Made by a program: the position numbers and the translations under genes. The notes under the pieces are model-generated. The model was not told the DNA's origin. It worked only from the letters and a program-made list of their open reading frames with translations, and made no database searches. DNA of 64,000 bases from an uncultured Spirochaetota bacterium (GTDB taxonomy: Bacteria > Spirochaetota > Brevinematia > Brevinematales > JAOACQ01). The stretch spans positions 128,001 to 192,000 of the forward strand of contig CAWIGG010000003.1 of assembly GCA_963835575.1 (NCBI GenBank). Direction: 5' to 3'. Position 1 is the stretch's first letter. Each line of letters starts with the position of its first letter. This document shows positions 10,431-20,047 of this stretch, one piece after another.

Positions 10431-10596
10431 ACTCATATTACCTTAAGATATCTGCCGTTATTTAATCTTTCCGGGGATATTCTGATAGAAAAGAAAAACT
10501 TTTTATTGTCCATTCCTTTAATGACCGGTCTTTTGATATGTTTTATTTTTACTATTATACTTAATTTAATCCTTTTTTTTTAATAAAAAAATGGCG

Positions 10597-10629
10597 CAAA
10601 AAAAACCCCGCCCTTTAAAGGGGCGGGGG
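10597..10629 (-). terminator. Rho-independent terminator
   Basis: CCCCGCCCCTTTAAAGGGCGGGG plus T-run on the minus strand after the zinc-ribbon gene. Confidence 0.8.
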
Positions 10630-10640
10630 AACAGTATCAC

Positions 10641-10922
10641 TTATTTTTTTGCGCTGTAACAAGCCCAGCAATAAACTGGTCTTTCGCCACTCGGTTTAAA
10701 TGGGACCTGAGTGGGTTCACCGCAAGACGAGCAGGTGGTTTCATACATCTGTCTGTCTCTTCTGCCTGAAGAACGCATAGCTTCCTTCTTTGCCTTCCTG
10801 CAGTCCGGGCACCTAGCAGGCTCATTCTTAAAGCCTTTCTGCGCATAAAATTCCTGCTCTGCGGCAGAAAAAGTAAATGAATTACCGCAATCGCGGCATG
10901 CCAAGGTTTTGTCTTGGAACAT
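10641..10922 (-). CDS. Small zinc-ribbon protein with CxxC-x17-CxxC domain
   Basis: MFQDKTLACRDCG...EQEFY...PARCPDCR...CSSCG...VPFKP..RPVYCWAC; SD GGAGGT before the ATG at 10922. Confidence 0.9.
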   Translation of the reverse strand: MFQDKTLACRDCGNSFTFSAAEQEFYAQKGFKNEPARCPDCRKAKKEAMRSSGRRDRQMYETTCSSCGEPTQVPFKPSGERPVYCWACYSAKK

Positions 10923-11084
10923 TGGGTTACCTCCCTTTGATTTAGCCCATAACGGGGTAGTCTTACTCCTCTCCAAAGCTGCACGGGTAAATTCAAAGGG
11001 ATGAATCGGATAGACTGTCCATCTGATATGGGTCTCTATATATAGAATACGGAATAATATGGAAAAAGTCAAATATATTTCACA

Positions 11085-11435
11085 TTAATACATATATTTT
11101 TCAAGCTTCAAAAGGATGGAATTCAATATATCCACATTAATAAACCGGCAGGTATCCTGATAAAATTCCTCTTTCCTCATGGACTTTTCAACAATCTGCA
11201 GCGTGTTTTTTTCAATTTCACTTAAATCCAGTCCTAATTCATTAACAGCCGATAGTATATTATCTTCAAGCTGTTTGCCATGTTTTACCAGATAAATGTC
11301 TTTGATCAGCTGTACCATATTCTCGCAAACAAAGTCCGCCTTTCCTTTTTTTAAAAGCATTCTTGTAAAATCAATCGTATAACATATGGAATGATTCAGG
11401 CTTTTTAATGCGCTTTCTGAAAAATTACTTTTCAT
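11085..11435 (-). CDS. Hypothetical protein
   Basis: 116-aa ORF overlapping the murE stop, preceded by an SD. Confidence 0.65.
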   Translation of the reverse strand: MKSNFSESALKSLNHSICYTIDFTRMLLKKGKADFVCENMVQLIKDIYLVKHGKQLEDNILSAVNELGLDLSEIEKNTLQIVEKSMRKEEFYQDTCRFINVDILNSILLKLEKYMY

Positions 11436-12930
11436 ACCCTTCCTTTAAAAAATATTTTTCTACTTCTTCCCGGTCGCTGAAATGCCTTTTTGTTTTACCA
11501 ATTATCTGATAGTCTTCATGACCCTTCCCGGCAATAACCACAATATCATCTTTGACGGCCTTTTTTAAAGCGATTTTTATCGCCTCTGAACGCTCTGCTT
11601 CTATCTCATAAGGGGCGCCGCCTGTTTCTTTGACACCCTCTTCAATTTCCTGGATGATTGCCAGCGGATCTTCAGTTCTGGGATTATCGGAGGTAATTAA
11701 AATAAAATCGGACAGCTTTCCGGCAATCCTGCCCATTAACGGCCTCTTGGATCTATCCCTGTCTCCGCCCGCTCCGAATACGGTAATAACCCGCCCGTTT
11801 TTCCGAAGGATATTCCTCACAGTTTGAAGAAGTTTTTCCAATGCATCCGGTTTATGGGCATAATCAATAATAACAGAAAATCCCCTCTTATTCGGAACAT
11901 TTTCCATCCTTCCCGCGACTTTAATATTATAAAGGAAGTCCTTAAATATTTCCAGTGAAAAGCTGAGTTCCATTAAAATGATTGAAGCGACGCTGAAATT
12001 GTATACATTTGTAATACCCATCATGGATATCCTTATAGGCAATGTATTTATCTCAAATTCCGTATTATCAGGCGTTAACTGTTTTACTAAGATGGGATAA
12101 TCACTTCCTTTTTTTGAAACAGAATAAGTCTTCAATATAATATTTTTAAATTTCTCTAGATATTTAACCATTTTATCATACAACGGGATATCCATATTTA
12201 TAAGCGCGGTCCGCTTTTTTTTCTGCGATGAACTCAGAAGGTCAAATATCTTTAATTTGGCTTCAAAATAATTTTCCATTGTTTTATGAAAATCCAGATG
12301 GTCCTGAGAAAAATTAGTAAAAGCGGCAATATCAAAATGAAGACCGGCAACCCTGCCCAATGAAAGGGCGTGGGATGATACTTCCATGACACAGTATTTT
12401 ACACCATCGGACGCCATCTGCGCAAAAAGCCGGTTTAAATAAAGTATATCCGGGGTTGTATTTGAAGCCGGGAATATTTGACTGCCGATGCGGTATTCTA
12501 TGGTCCCTATCAAGCCGCCTTTAAATCCCAGACTTTGAAATAATGAATATGCCGCAAAAGCCGTTGTCGTTTTGCCGCTCGTTCCGGTTATTCCGACAAG
12601 GCACAATTTCCCGGACGGGTTTTCATAAAAATTCCTTGCAAGATATGCCAGAGCTTCAAATATGTTTTCTGCGCCGATAAAATAAGCGTCCGGATAAGCG
12701 GATCTAAATTCTTTTAAACGTTCCGCCGAGATGACAAAATAACGGCATCCGTTTTTATAAGCGGATTCAATATAAGGATGGGCATCATCCACATAGCCTG
12801 AAGCGGCAATGAAAAGTGTTTGCTGATCAGCATTCCTTGAGTCATTTTCTATTTTATCAACATTAAAGGCCGTATCGAGTCCGGCCGGCATTATGAGAGA
12901 ATATCCTTCAATGATATGTTTTAAAAGCAT
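11425..12930 (-). CDS. murE: UDP-N-acetylmuramoyl-tripeptide ligase MurE
   Basis: GITGTSGKTT, MEVSSH, DHLDFH, DYAHKPDAL, DNPR, AGKGHE. Confidence 0.95.
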   Translation of the reverse strand: MLLKHIIEGYSLIMPAGLDTAFNVDKIENDSRNADQQTLFIAASGYVDDAHPYIESAYKNGCRYFVISAERLKEFRSAYPDAYFIGAENIFEALAYLARNFYENPSGKLCLVGITGTSGKTTTAFAAYSLFQSLGFKGGLIGTIEYRIGSQIFPASNTTPDILYLNRLFAQMASDGVKYCVMEVSSHALSLGRVAGLHFDIAAFTNFSQDHLDFHKTMENYFEAKLKIFDLLSSSQKKKRTALINMDIPLYDKMVKYLEKFKNIILKTYSVSKKGSDYPILVKQLTPDNTEFEINTLPIRISMMGITNVYNFSVASIILMELSFSLEIFKDFLYNIKVAGRMENVPNKRGFSVIIDYAHKPDALEKLLQTVRNILRKNGRVITVFGAGGDRDRSKRPLMGRIAGKLSDFILITSDNPRTEDPLAIIQEIEEGVKETGGAPYEIEAERSEAIKIALKKAVKDDIVVIAGKGHEDYQIIGKTKRHFSDREEVEKYFLKEGYEK

Positions 12931-12964
12931 CTGTTTTCCTTATAGATTAAATTATTACTGTTAT

Positions 12965-13288
12965 TTAAGCTTCTTCATATGAGCAGTGGAGTGGAAATTC
13001 TTTTGCCTTTGCCATGGCATGGACCTGGTTGATTTTTGTCAGCGCTGTATCATAAGTATAAACACCGGCGATACCATAACCTTTGTTATGAACCTGCAGC
13101 ATGATCCGGGTCGCTTCAGCGGCCGCTTTATGAAAAACGATCCTGATGATCGAAACAACAAAATCCATTGTCGTATAATTGTCATTATGAATGATGACTT
13201 TATACAGCTTCGGCTCTTTCACTTCCGGTTTTGAACTTATCTGGAGTTCGCCTTCTAAAATGGGATTACTATTTATTTTTTCCGCCAT
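12965..13288 (-). CDS. clpS: ATP-dependent Clp protease adaptor ClpS
   Basis: YKVIIHNDNYTTMDFVV...IMLQVHNKG...FPL. Confidence 0.95.
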   Translation of the reverse strand: MAEKINSNPILEGELQISSKPEVKEPKLYKVIIHNDNYTTMDFVVSIIRIVFHKAAAEATRIMLQVHNKGYGIAGVYTYDTALTKINQVHAMAKAKEFPLHCSYEEA

Positions 13289-13458
13289 TGCTTTACCTTA
13301 AAATTTAATCTCTTATATTATAATATAAAATATAAATTAAATAAATGGCAAAATCAATTTAAGGACAGTTTCAAAAGTATTTATTCAATAATTTTGGCGG
13401 TTTTTTTTGAAACTCTCTTGATATTATCATTAATATTTAACAATTTTCCGGTGTAATA

Positions 13459-14173
13459 ATCGAGTAGGAGGCGGGTTTACACCCGCCGACCTCTCACACC
13501 ACCCGTACGGTTCCGTATACGGCGGTTCCAATGTTATTTTACCTATTCACTTATTGACAGTTAGCTTTCCTTCAGACCTTGCCTTCAATCTTTAAGTTTC
13601 AAGTGGGTAATCTCCTATTGATTCTATGTGCCTTATAACCACGCTGTTTACCTCAGATTCCGTCCGATACTTCCACAGTCGCCGAGATGACCTCGCTTCT
13701 GGTTTTATTTGGGCATCATGAGTCAAGCTGTTACCATTCTAACACCGGTTTAGCCCTTCGCGCTTGGTCTTTTGCGCTACTCTGGCTTCTGCTGACTTCT
13801 GAAAATCCCTCTCATCACCTTTCAATGACAATAGCTAATATGTAGCGGATTTCCAGATCTCCCCGGGTAATACGCTCGTTCCTTCCCGCTTATACCTGCC
13901 GCATTTACGCCTACGTTTTCCGTGTAAGTATCGGACTTTAACGATATTGGCCGTCTTATCCAACATAAACGCCTTATTTGCGGTTTCTGTTCGTCAGGCC
14001 AGCGTTTTGCCTCCGGCTTCCTTCAGATTCCGCCTCACGGCGGACACCCTTGCCGTCTGTCCCTCACCAGTTTGTCCGGCTGCCCGGAGAAGTTCACAAA
14101 CTGGTGAGGGATTCCCCTTACCGGGTGCATAGAGGACTTTAACCTCCAAGAACGTGCGCCCTGCCGGGCGCAC
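13459..14173 (-). mobile_element. ORF-less group IIC intron (probably defective)
   Basis: Minus strand begins GTGCGCCCGGCAGGGCGC, contains GGCAAGGGTGTCCGCCGTGAGGCGGAATCTGAAGGAAGCC, and ends with DV/DVI GAACCGCCGTATACGGAACCGTACG..GGTGGTGTGAGAGG...CCTACTCGAT. It sits directly after a terminator hairpin and has no RT ORF. Confidence 0.92.
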
Positions 14174-14174
14174 T

Positions 14175-14210
14175 AAAAAAAAGGGGTGAAGAATTATTCT
14201 TCACCCCTTT
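14175..14210 (-). terminator. Rho-independent terminator of GH5-CBM2 gene (intron target)
   Basis: AAAGGGGTGAAGAAT..TTCTTCACCCCTTTTTTTT. Confidence 0.88.
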
Positions 14211-14275
14211 AATAGATACGCTTAATGCAATCCTTTAAATGAAATCTCAATAAACAAAACCTCTCATTTCACTTT

Positions 14276-16135
14276 CTAATAAATAGTGCAGGCCGTTCCG
14301 TTTAAAGTAAATGAAGCAGGCTTTGCATTCGCACCGCTGTAGCTGAGATTGAATCCGAAGCTTATTGTGCCTCCATTCGCTCCGATTGTTCCATTATAGT
14401 TTAAATTATTTACTGTAACAGTGGCGCCGCTTTGAGTTTGAGCCGCACTCCAGATCTGTGTGATTGCCTGATTCCCTGCAAATGTCCATACCAGAGACCA
14501 TAAGCTAAGAGCAGTTGCCGAATTATTCTTTATGGTTACTGTTACAGTTGAGCCCGTACCCCAGTCGCTGGTAATAGCATAGTTCACCGCATAACCGCCG
14601 CTGACACTGGAAGCCGTACTCGAGGCAATACTTGAGAGTATAGAACTAGCCGCTGCCGATGACGCCATACTAGACTTGCTGGAGCTCGCCGCTACGGACA
14701 ACGCAACACTGGAACGGCTTGAACTCGCAGCTATGGACGACGCTATACTCGCCACGCTAGAACTTGCCGCTATAGATGACGCCGCTGCACTCGAACGGCT
14801 TGAACTCGCGGCTACGGACGACGCTATACTCGCCACGCTAGAACTTGCCGCTATAGATGACGCCGCTGAAGAAGATACGGCTGTTGAGGAAGCAGACGAT
14901 GAAGCAGTAGTGAACGGCTGTAAATAGGGTTTAATCAGATTATACTTCCCGGTGCTGACACTCACCCAGTCATCCTGTAAAATACCGCCTGTATCCCCGG
15001 AATCACAGTTCCAGCTCCAGAATGTAAAAGATGCACTTTTACCTATATATTGCAGCCAGGTTGTAAGCCATTTATATGGGATAGAACTGGGATTCGTCGC
15101 GCTTTCTTCCTTTATGCCTACTTCACCGAAATAGACTGTCGCCAGATTTTGCTTCGTCAGATACCAGTAATAGCTGTCCCACACGCCCTGCATGTTATTC
15201 GGGAAAGTTGGATCATCAAACCAGGGCTGATCGGCGACTTCGGGACCGTATTCGTGGACTGAGTACCAGAGATGGTCCTTAGGTATGTTTGTAATAGGCT
15301 TATTTTGTACTCCCTGAAGGTTCCCGCCCCACCAATAGTTGCTGCAATTATATTCCTGCACGCCCTGGACAATAAAAATGATATCGGAATCTACGGCATA
15401 AAGAGCATTGACGCATCTCTGCGCGGCTCCCTGCCAGTCCGTATTCGTATAGCCGGGAGCATCATAACCCCAGGTAGCCGGAGGTTTCATACCGGTGCCT
15501 AAAAATCCTCCATGAGGCTCGTTTTTAATATCCACACCGATGAAATTCGGATAAACTTTATATCGATTCAGCATCATTGTCCAGTCTGATATCCATTGCG
15601 CCTCGGAGCAGTTGGTGGTGTACCATAAAGTCTCATTCATATAATTGTCTGCCGTATGGGAATGATTGTCGAGAACAATCTTTATACATAAAGTTCCTGC
15701 ATATTCCACAATCTTATCAAGTACCTGAAGAGAAGACAATCCCGCCAGATCGACATTCATATTGGTCTGACCCGTATACGGATCTGTCCCATAAGCATTT
15801 ATCTGGATACTGCCCGGGGTCTTTGTCAGCATATCGTTGCACCATGGTATCCTAATGCAGTTAAAGCCAAGGTCTCTCATCTGCTGGATCATGGATTTAT
15901 AGTCCCTGGCCCAGAGGCCATGAGGCACATAGTTGCTTGTCTCAAATCCGAACCAGTTTACGCCGGTCAATCTTCCCACCGTTGATGTGTTGATCGCTCT
16001 TGTGGAATAATTGCCATTATTTAGAACCGGATTCAAAGAATTATTATCACTATTAATGGAATTAATAGAACAAGACGCTGTAATTATTAAGAACAAAAAA
16101 ACCGATAAAAAACCGATAATTCTTTTAATGTTCAT
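14276..16135 (-). CDS. GH5 endoglucanase lipoprotein with Ser/Ala linker and C-terminal CBM2
   Basis: Lipobox TASC; GVNWFGFET, KNEPH acid/base, GEVG nucleophile, SGDTGG; C-terminal DWGTG...WSLVWTF...IWSA...FGF...LNGTAC. Confidence 0.92.
   Translation of the reverse strand: MNIKRIIGFLSVFLFLIITASCSINSINSDNNSLNPVLNNGNYSTRAINTSTVGRLTGVNWFGFETSNYVPHGLWARDYKSMIQQMRDLGFNCIRIPWCNDMLTKTPGSIQINAYGTDPYTGQTNMNVDLAGLSSLQVLDKIVEYAGTLCIKIVLDNHSHTADNYMNETLWYTTNCSEAQWISDWTMMLNRYKVYPNFIGVDIKNEPHGGFLGTGMKPPATWGYDAPGYTNTDWQGAAQRCVNALYAVDSDIIFIVQGVQEYNCSNYWWGGNLQGVQNKPITNIPKDHLWYSVHEYGPEVADQPWFDDPTFPNNMQGVWDSYYWYLTKQNLATVYFGEVGIKEESATNPSSIPYKWLTTWLQYIGKSASFTFWSWNCDSGDTGGILQDDWVSVSTGKYNLIKPYLQPFTTASSSASSTAVSSSAASSIAASSSVASIASSVAASSSRSSAAASSIAASSSVASIASSIAASSSRSSVALSVAASSSKSSMASSAAASSILSSIASSTASSVSGGYAVNYAITSDWGTGSTVTVTIKNNSATALSLWSLVWTFAGNQAITQIWSAAQTQSGATVTVNNLNYNGTIGANGGTISFGFNLSYSGANAKPASFTLNGTACTIY
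14740..16003. repeat. ~1.26-kb direct repeat, copy 1 (copy 2 at 17094-18357)
   Basis: Constant 2354-bp offset; the shadow ORFs in the track are identical in both copies. Includes 81-bp linker repeats. Confidence 0.92.
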
Positions 16136-16338
16136 AAAAAACCTCCTAATGGGGTTCCAGTTTATATTTAATGCATTTATTTAACTCTTATAATTTTACG
16201 ATAATCAGAATTAAAGGTTATCATTAAAAGATTTTTTATGAAATGAAAATACTAATTAGAAGTAATTTAGAGCGGAAAGATATCGCGCTTATAACCCCTT
16301 CTTCCTCGCATACATTATATACCCATCTGATAAGAAAC

Positions 16339-16387
16339 AAAACCATACTTAAGGTATGGTTTTTATCCAACTCTAAGTAGGATTTTA
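16339..16387. promoter_or_regulatory. Double-palindrome operator upstream of GH5-CBM2 promoter
   Basis: AAAACCATAC-N5-GTATGGTTTT next to ATCCAACT-N3-AGTAGGAT; conserved at 18676-18721. Confidence 0.6.
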
Positions 16388-16515
16388 TTTTGATTTCGCT
16401 TAGACAGATTTTATTGCTCATTTTTTTTGAAAGGTATCCGGGATATTTCCCCTGCCGTACATAAATAAGACTCTTCTGATCAAATTGTAGCAGGAACGGC
16501 AGGGAAAATCAATCA

Positions 16516-18489
16516 TTACGGCTCTATTCCCCAGGAAAGAGTTCCAGATACATATGCTGTGACTTTATTCCAATCGACATAGGATGTCGCCGTTGAATTA
16601 AATGAATAATCATTTGTCTGACTATAATTTGACCAGTCAGCTTTTGTTAATCTAACCTGGACTTCCGTGTTCGCTCCGGCGCTGATACTTCCCGCTGCAC
16701 TGGAAAATCCGATTTCAGCGTAATAATCGGCCGTATTCTTAGGTGTCGTCATTTTAACAAACACATTTGTAATATTCGCGGATCCCGCTGTAGCGTAGTC
16801 AACCCAGAAATTCTGCGCCTCTTCACCATCAATTGTATAGTAGTATCTCATTTTGATATTGGTCAGGTTTACTGCCGAGGTACCGGTATTTATCAGATTG
16901 AATTTAAGGGAGAGGGTATTCTCTGTCGCAGCAGTATTCAAATTAAAAAACTGAACTTTTAATATTCCGGCTGCAGAAGAAGCCGTACTGGAAGAAACTG
17001 AGGCCGTGACGCTTGATTTCATACTGCTCACTAAGGAGCTCGCAGCTACGGACGACGCAACACTGGACCGGCTTGAACTCGCAGCTATGGACAACGCTAT
17101 ACTCGCCACGCTAGAACTTGCCGCTATAGATGACGCCGCTGCACTCGAACGGCTTGAACTCGCGGCTACGGACGACGCTATACTCGCCACGCTAGAACTT
17201 GCCGCTATAGATGACGCCGCTGAAGAAGATACGGCTGTTGAGGAAGCAGACGATGAAGCAGTAGTGAACGGCTGTAAATAGGGTTTAATCAGATTATACT
17301 TCCCGGTGCTGACACTCACCCAGTCATCCTGTAAAATACCGCCTGTATCCCCGGAATCACAGTTCCAGCTCCAGAATGTAAAAGATGCACTTTTACCTAT
17401 ATATTGCAGCCAGGTTGTAAGCCATTTATATGGGATAGAACTGGGATTCGTCGCGCTTTCTTCCTTTATGCCTACTTCACCGAAATAGACTGTCGCCAGA
17501 TTTTGCTTCGTCAGATACCAGTAATAGCTGTCCCACACGCCCTGCATGTTATTCGGGAAAGTTGGATCATCAAACCAGGGCTGATCGGCGACTTCGGGAC
17601 CGTATTCGTGGACTGAGTACCAGAGATGGTCCTTAGGTATGTTTGTAATAGGCTTATTTTGTACTCCCTGAAGGTTCCCGCCCCACCAATAGTTGCTGCA
17701 ATTATATTCCTGCACGCCCTGGACAATAAAAATGATATCGGAATCTACGGCATAAAGAGCATTGACGCATCTCTGCGCGGCTCCCTGCCAGTCCGTATTC
17801 GTATAGCCGGGAGCATCATAACCCCAGGTAGCCGGAGGTTTCATACCGGTGCCTAAAAATCCTCCATGAGGCTCGTTTTTAATATCCACACCGATGAAAT
17901 TCGGATAAACTTTATATCGATTCAGCATCATTGTCCAGTCTGATATCCATTGCGCCTCGGAGCAGTTGGTGGTGTACCATAAAGTCTCATTCATATAATT
18001 GTCTGCCGTATGGGAATGATTGTCGAGAACAATCTTTATACATAAAGTTCCTGCATATTCCACAATCTTATCAAGTACCTGAAGAGAAGACAATCCCGCC
18101 AGATCGACATTCATATTGGTCTGACCCGTATACGGATCTGTCCCATAAGCATTTATCTGGATACTGCCCGGGGTCTTTGTCAGCATATCGTTGCACCATG
18201 GTATCCTAATGCAGTTAAAGCCAAGGTCTCTCATCTGCTGGATCATGGATTTATAGTCCCTGGCCCAGAGGCCATGAGGCACATAGTTGCTTGTCTCAAA
18301 TCCGAACCAGTTTACGCCGGTCAATCTTCCCACCGTTGATGTGTTGATCGCTCTTGTTTGAGCGCCATCACCGTTTAAGGAAGAATTCGGCAGATTTTTA
18401 TCCTGATTCATATTATTGATTGAGCATGAAACAAATAATGATAATGAAAATAATACCGTGAATAGTATTATGATCCTTTTCCCTTTCAT
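16516..18489 (-). CDS. GH5 endoglucanase lipoprotein with Ser/Ala linker and C-terminal CBM3
   Basis: Start MKGKR after SD GAGGAGG; lipobox FVSC; same GH5 domain; C-terminal KMRYYYTIDG, ADYYAEIGF, WSNYSQTNDYSF, WGIEP. Confidence 0.92.
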   Translation of the reverse strand: MKGKRIIILFTVLFSLSLFVSCSINNMNQDKNLPNSSLNGDGAQTRAINTSTVGRLTGVNWFGFETSNYVPHGLWARDYKSMIQQMRDLGFNCIRIPWCNDMLTKTPGSIQINAYGTDPYTGQTNMNVDLAGLSSLQVLDKIVEYAGTLCIKIVLDNHSHTADNYMNETLWYTTNCSEAQWISDWTMMLNRYKVYPNFIGVDIKNEPHGGFLGTGMKPPATWGYDAPGYTNTDWQGAAQRCVNALYAVDSDIIFIVQGVQEYNCSNYWWGGNLQGVQNKPITNIPKDHLWYSVHEYGPEVADQPWFDDPTFPNNMQGVWDSYYWYLTKQNLATVYFGEVGIKEESATNPSSIPYKWLTTWLQYIGKSASFTFWSWNCDSGDTGGILQDDWVSVSTGKYNLIKPYLQPFTTASSSASSTAVSSSAASSIAASSSVASIASSVAASSSRSSAAASSIAASSSVASIALSIAASSSRSSVASSVAASSLVSSMKSSVTASVSSSTASSAAGILKVQFFNLNTAATENTLSLKFNLINTGTSAVNLTNIKMRYYYTIDGEEAQNFWVDYATAGSANITNVFVKMTTPKNTADYYAEIGFSSAAGSISAGANTEVQVRLTKADWSNYSQTNDYSFNSTATSYVDWNKVTAYVSGTLSWGIEP

Positions 18490-18675
18490 AAAAACCTCCT
18501 CAAAATGAATTAAGTTGAGAGAAAGCAAATCAATCAAAACAACTTAACTTAAACAAATAAAACCATCACTCTTTAAAGTTTTTTATGAAAGGAAAATATT
18601 AAATAGATAGGTCTTAGAAAGGGTGCTTTACTCCCCTTTTTTCATTAGTATTATAGAATCAAACAGCCGAATTAC

Positions 18676-18721
18676 ACCATACCTTCGGTATGGTTTTTGT
18701 CCCACCATGAGTAGGATTTTA
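18676..18721. promoter_or_regulatory. Double-palindrome operator upstream of GH5-CBM3 promoter
   Basis: ACCATAC-N5-GTATGGT plus GTCCCACC-N3-AGTAGGAT; TATAAT downstream on the minus strand. Confidence 0.6.
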
Positions 18722-18758
18722 ATTTAAATATGAAATAATGAAAAAAATCTTATTTTGA

Positions 18759-19208
18759 TCATGGTCCGATAAAAACGGACTCTTTTATTGTGTTCCCGAG
18801 AATAAAAACATCAAAGTTGTCCAGTTCTTTTGCTTTGTATTTAACCGTTAAATTATACTCCAGTTTGGAGATATCTAACCGTTTTTTTATGACTTCAATA
18901 TACTCTTTCTCAAAATATTCAGGAAAGCGGCTGACCTGGACCCGTAAAGATTTTAAGCCGGGGTGCTTTTTTATCAGTTCCATTTTCCCTGTTAACAGAG
19001 CTCCGGCATCCTTCCTTACCTCATGAAAAGCGGAAATGTAATCCTCTTTAGTTCCGATTTTTTCCAGCCGGCTGATATAATTTTCTTCGAAATCTATCAC
19101 GTTTTCCAGATGATTAATCATAGCCGCTTTTTCGTCTTTATTGAAACCTGCCGAACAGCCGTATAACCCGATGATGAGGAATAAAAAAATAAATCTGCAT
19201 CTTTTCAT
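18759..19208 (-). CDS. Hypothetical lipoprotein
   Basis: Signal peptide with LYGC lipobox. Confidence 0.7.
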   Translation of the reverse strand: MKRCRFIFLFLIIGLYGCSAGFNKDEKAAMINHLENVIDFEENYISRLEKIGTKEDYISAFHEVRKDAGALLTGKMELIKKHPGLKSLRVQVSRFPEYFEKEYIEVIKKRLDISKLEYNLTVKYKAKELDNFDVFILGNTIKESVFIGP

Positions 19209-19225
19209 ATTATAAAGATTATATC

Positions 19226-20002
19226 TTAAAATTTAGGAATATTCAAAAAGTTTTTGATAGCCGCGCTTCTATCTCTGGATTTCATAATCACACCGCCTAC
19301 AAGAATTCCATCAAAACCAGCTTTAGCAAATCTTATCGCGTCTTCACGGTCTTTACATGAAGAAAGGCTCAGCTTCACGATTCCAGAAGGAATAAGAGGC
19401 GCCAGTTCTTCAGCATGCCGCGGATTTTCCTCTAAATTGGCAAGATTACGGTTATTGATCCCGATGATCTCAGCCCCTAATTCCGCGGCCCTTTTAACAT
19501 TCTGAGGAAAATGCGCTTCAACAAGGGCATCCATACCGAGTGATCCGGCATATTCATAAAGGTCCAGAAGACTTTTATCATCCATGATTTCAGTAATAAG
19601 AAGCACCGCGCTCGCGCCGGAGATCAATGCCAGGTCAATCTGGATTCTGTCAATAATAAAATCCTTGCAGAGAAGGGGGATTTTTATATTATGGGATATT
19701 TTTTCAAGCACATCGAAATCCCCTCCGAAGAATTTTTGATCAGTCAGTACAGATACGGCATTCACGCCGGAAGCTTCATACAAACCGGCAATTTCAACGG
19801 GATCTTCCTCCTCTGCCATTTTGCCCTGGGAAGGCGATTTTCTTTTAATTTCCGCGATCAAGGCAAGGTTTTCAAACTTTCTCAGTGCTTCGAGAAAAGA
19901 CCCTTTACTTTTATAAGCCTGATCAATATGTTCTCCATACAGATTTTTATATAACCGGACTTCATTTCTTTTATTCTCCATAATATCATCTAATATTGAC
20001 AT
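19226..20002 (-). CDS. trpC: Indole-3-glycerol phosphate synthase
   Basis: IAEIKRKSPSQG, SVLTD, LCKDFI, LVEAH, IGINNRNL. Confidence 0.93.
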   Translation of the reverse strand: MSILDDIMENKRNEVRLYKNLYGEHIDQAYKSKGSFLEALRKFENLALIAEIKRKSPSQGKMAEEEDPVEIAGLYEASGVNAVSVLTDQKFFGGDFDVLEKISHNIKIPLLCKDFIIDRIQIDLALISGASAVLLITEIMDDKSLLDLYEYAGSLGMDALVEAHFPQNVKRAAELGAEIIGINNRNLANLEENPRHAEELAPLIPSGIVKLSLSSCKDREDAIRFAKAGFDGILVGGVIMKSRDRSAAIKNFLNIPKF

Positions 20003-20047
20003 GCACTGCCTCCTCATTTGCCGCGATGACAGGCGGCATCATGCCGC

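Noticed and set aside
14690..14870. Regular 81-bp repeats as a possible CRISPR array
   Set aside because: In-frame coding linker repeats with no unique spacers and no cas genes.
14676..14927. Repetitive LELAA ORFs (also 17006-17281)
   Set aside because: Antisense reading of the Ser/Ala linker of the cellulases.
14740..18357. Duplicated GH5 region next to a group II intron as a diversity-generating retroelement
   Set aside because: No reverse transcriptase gene and no adenine-specific mismatches; the copies look identical.
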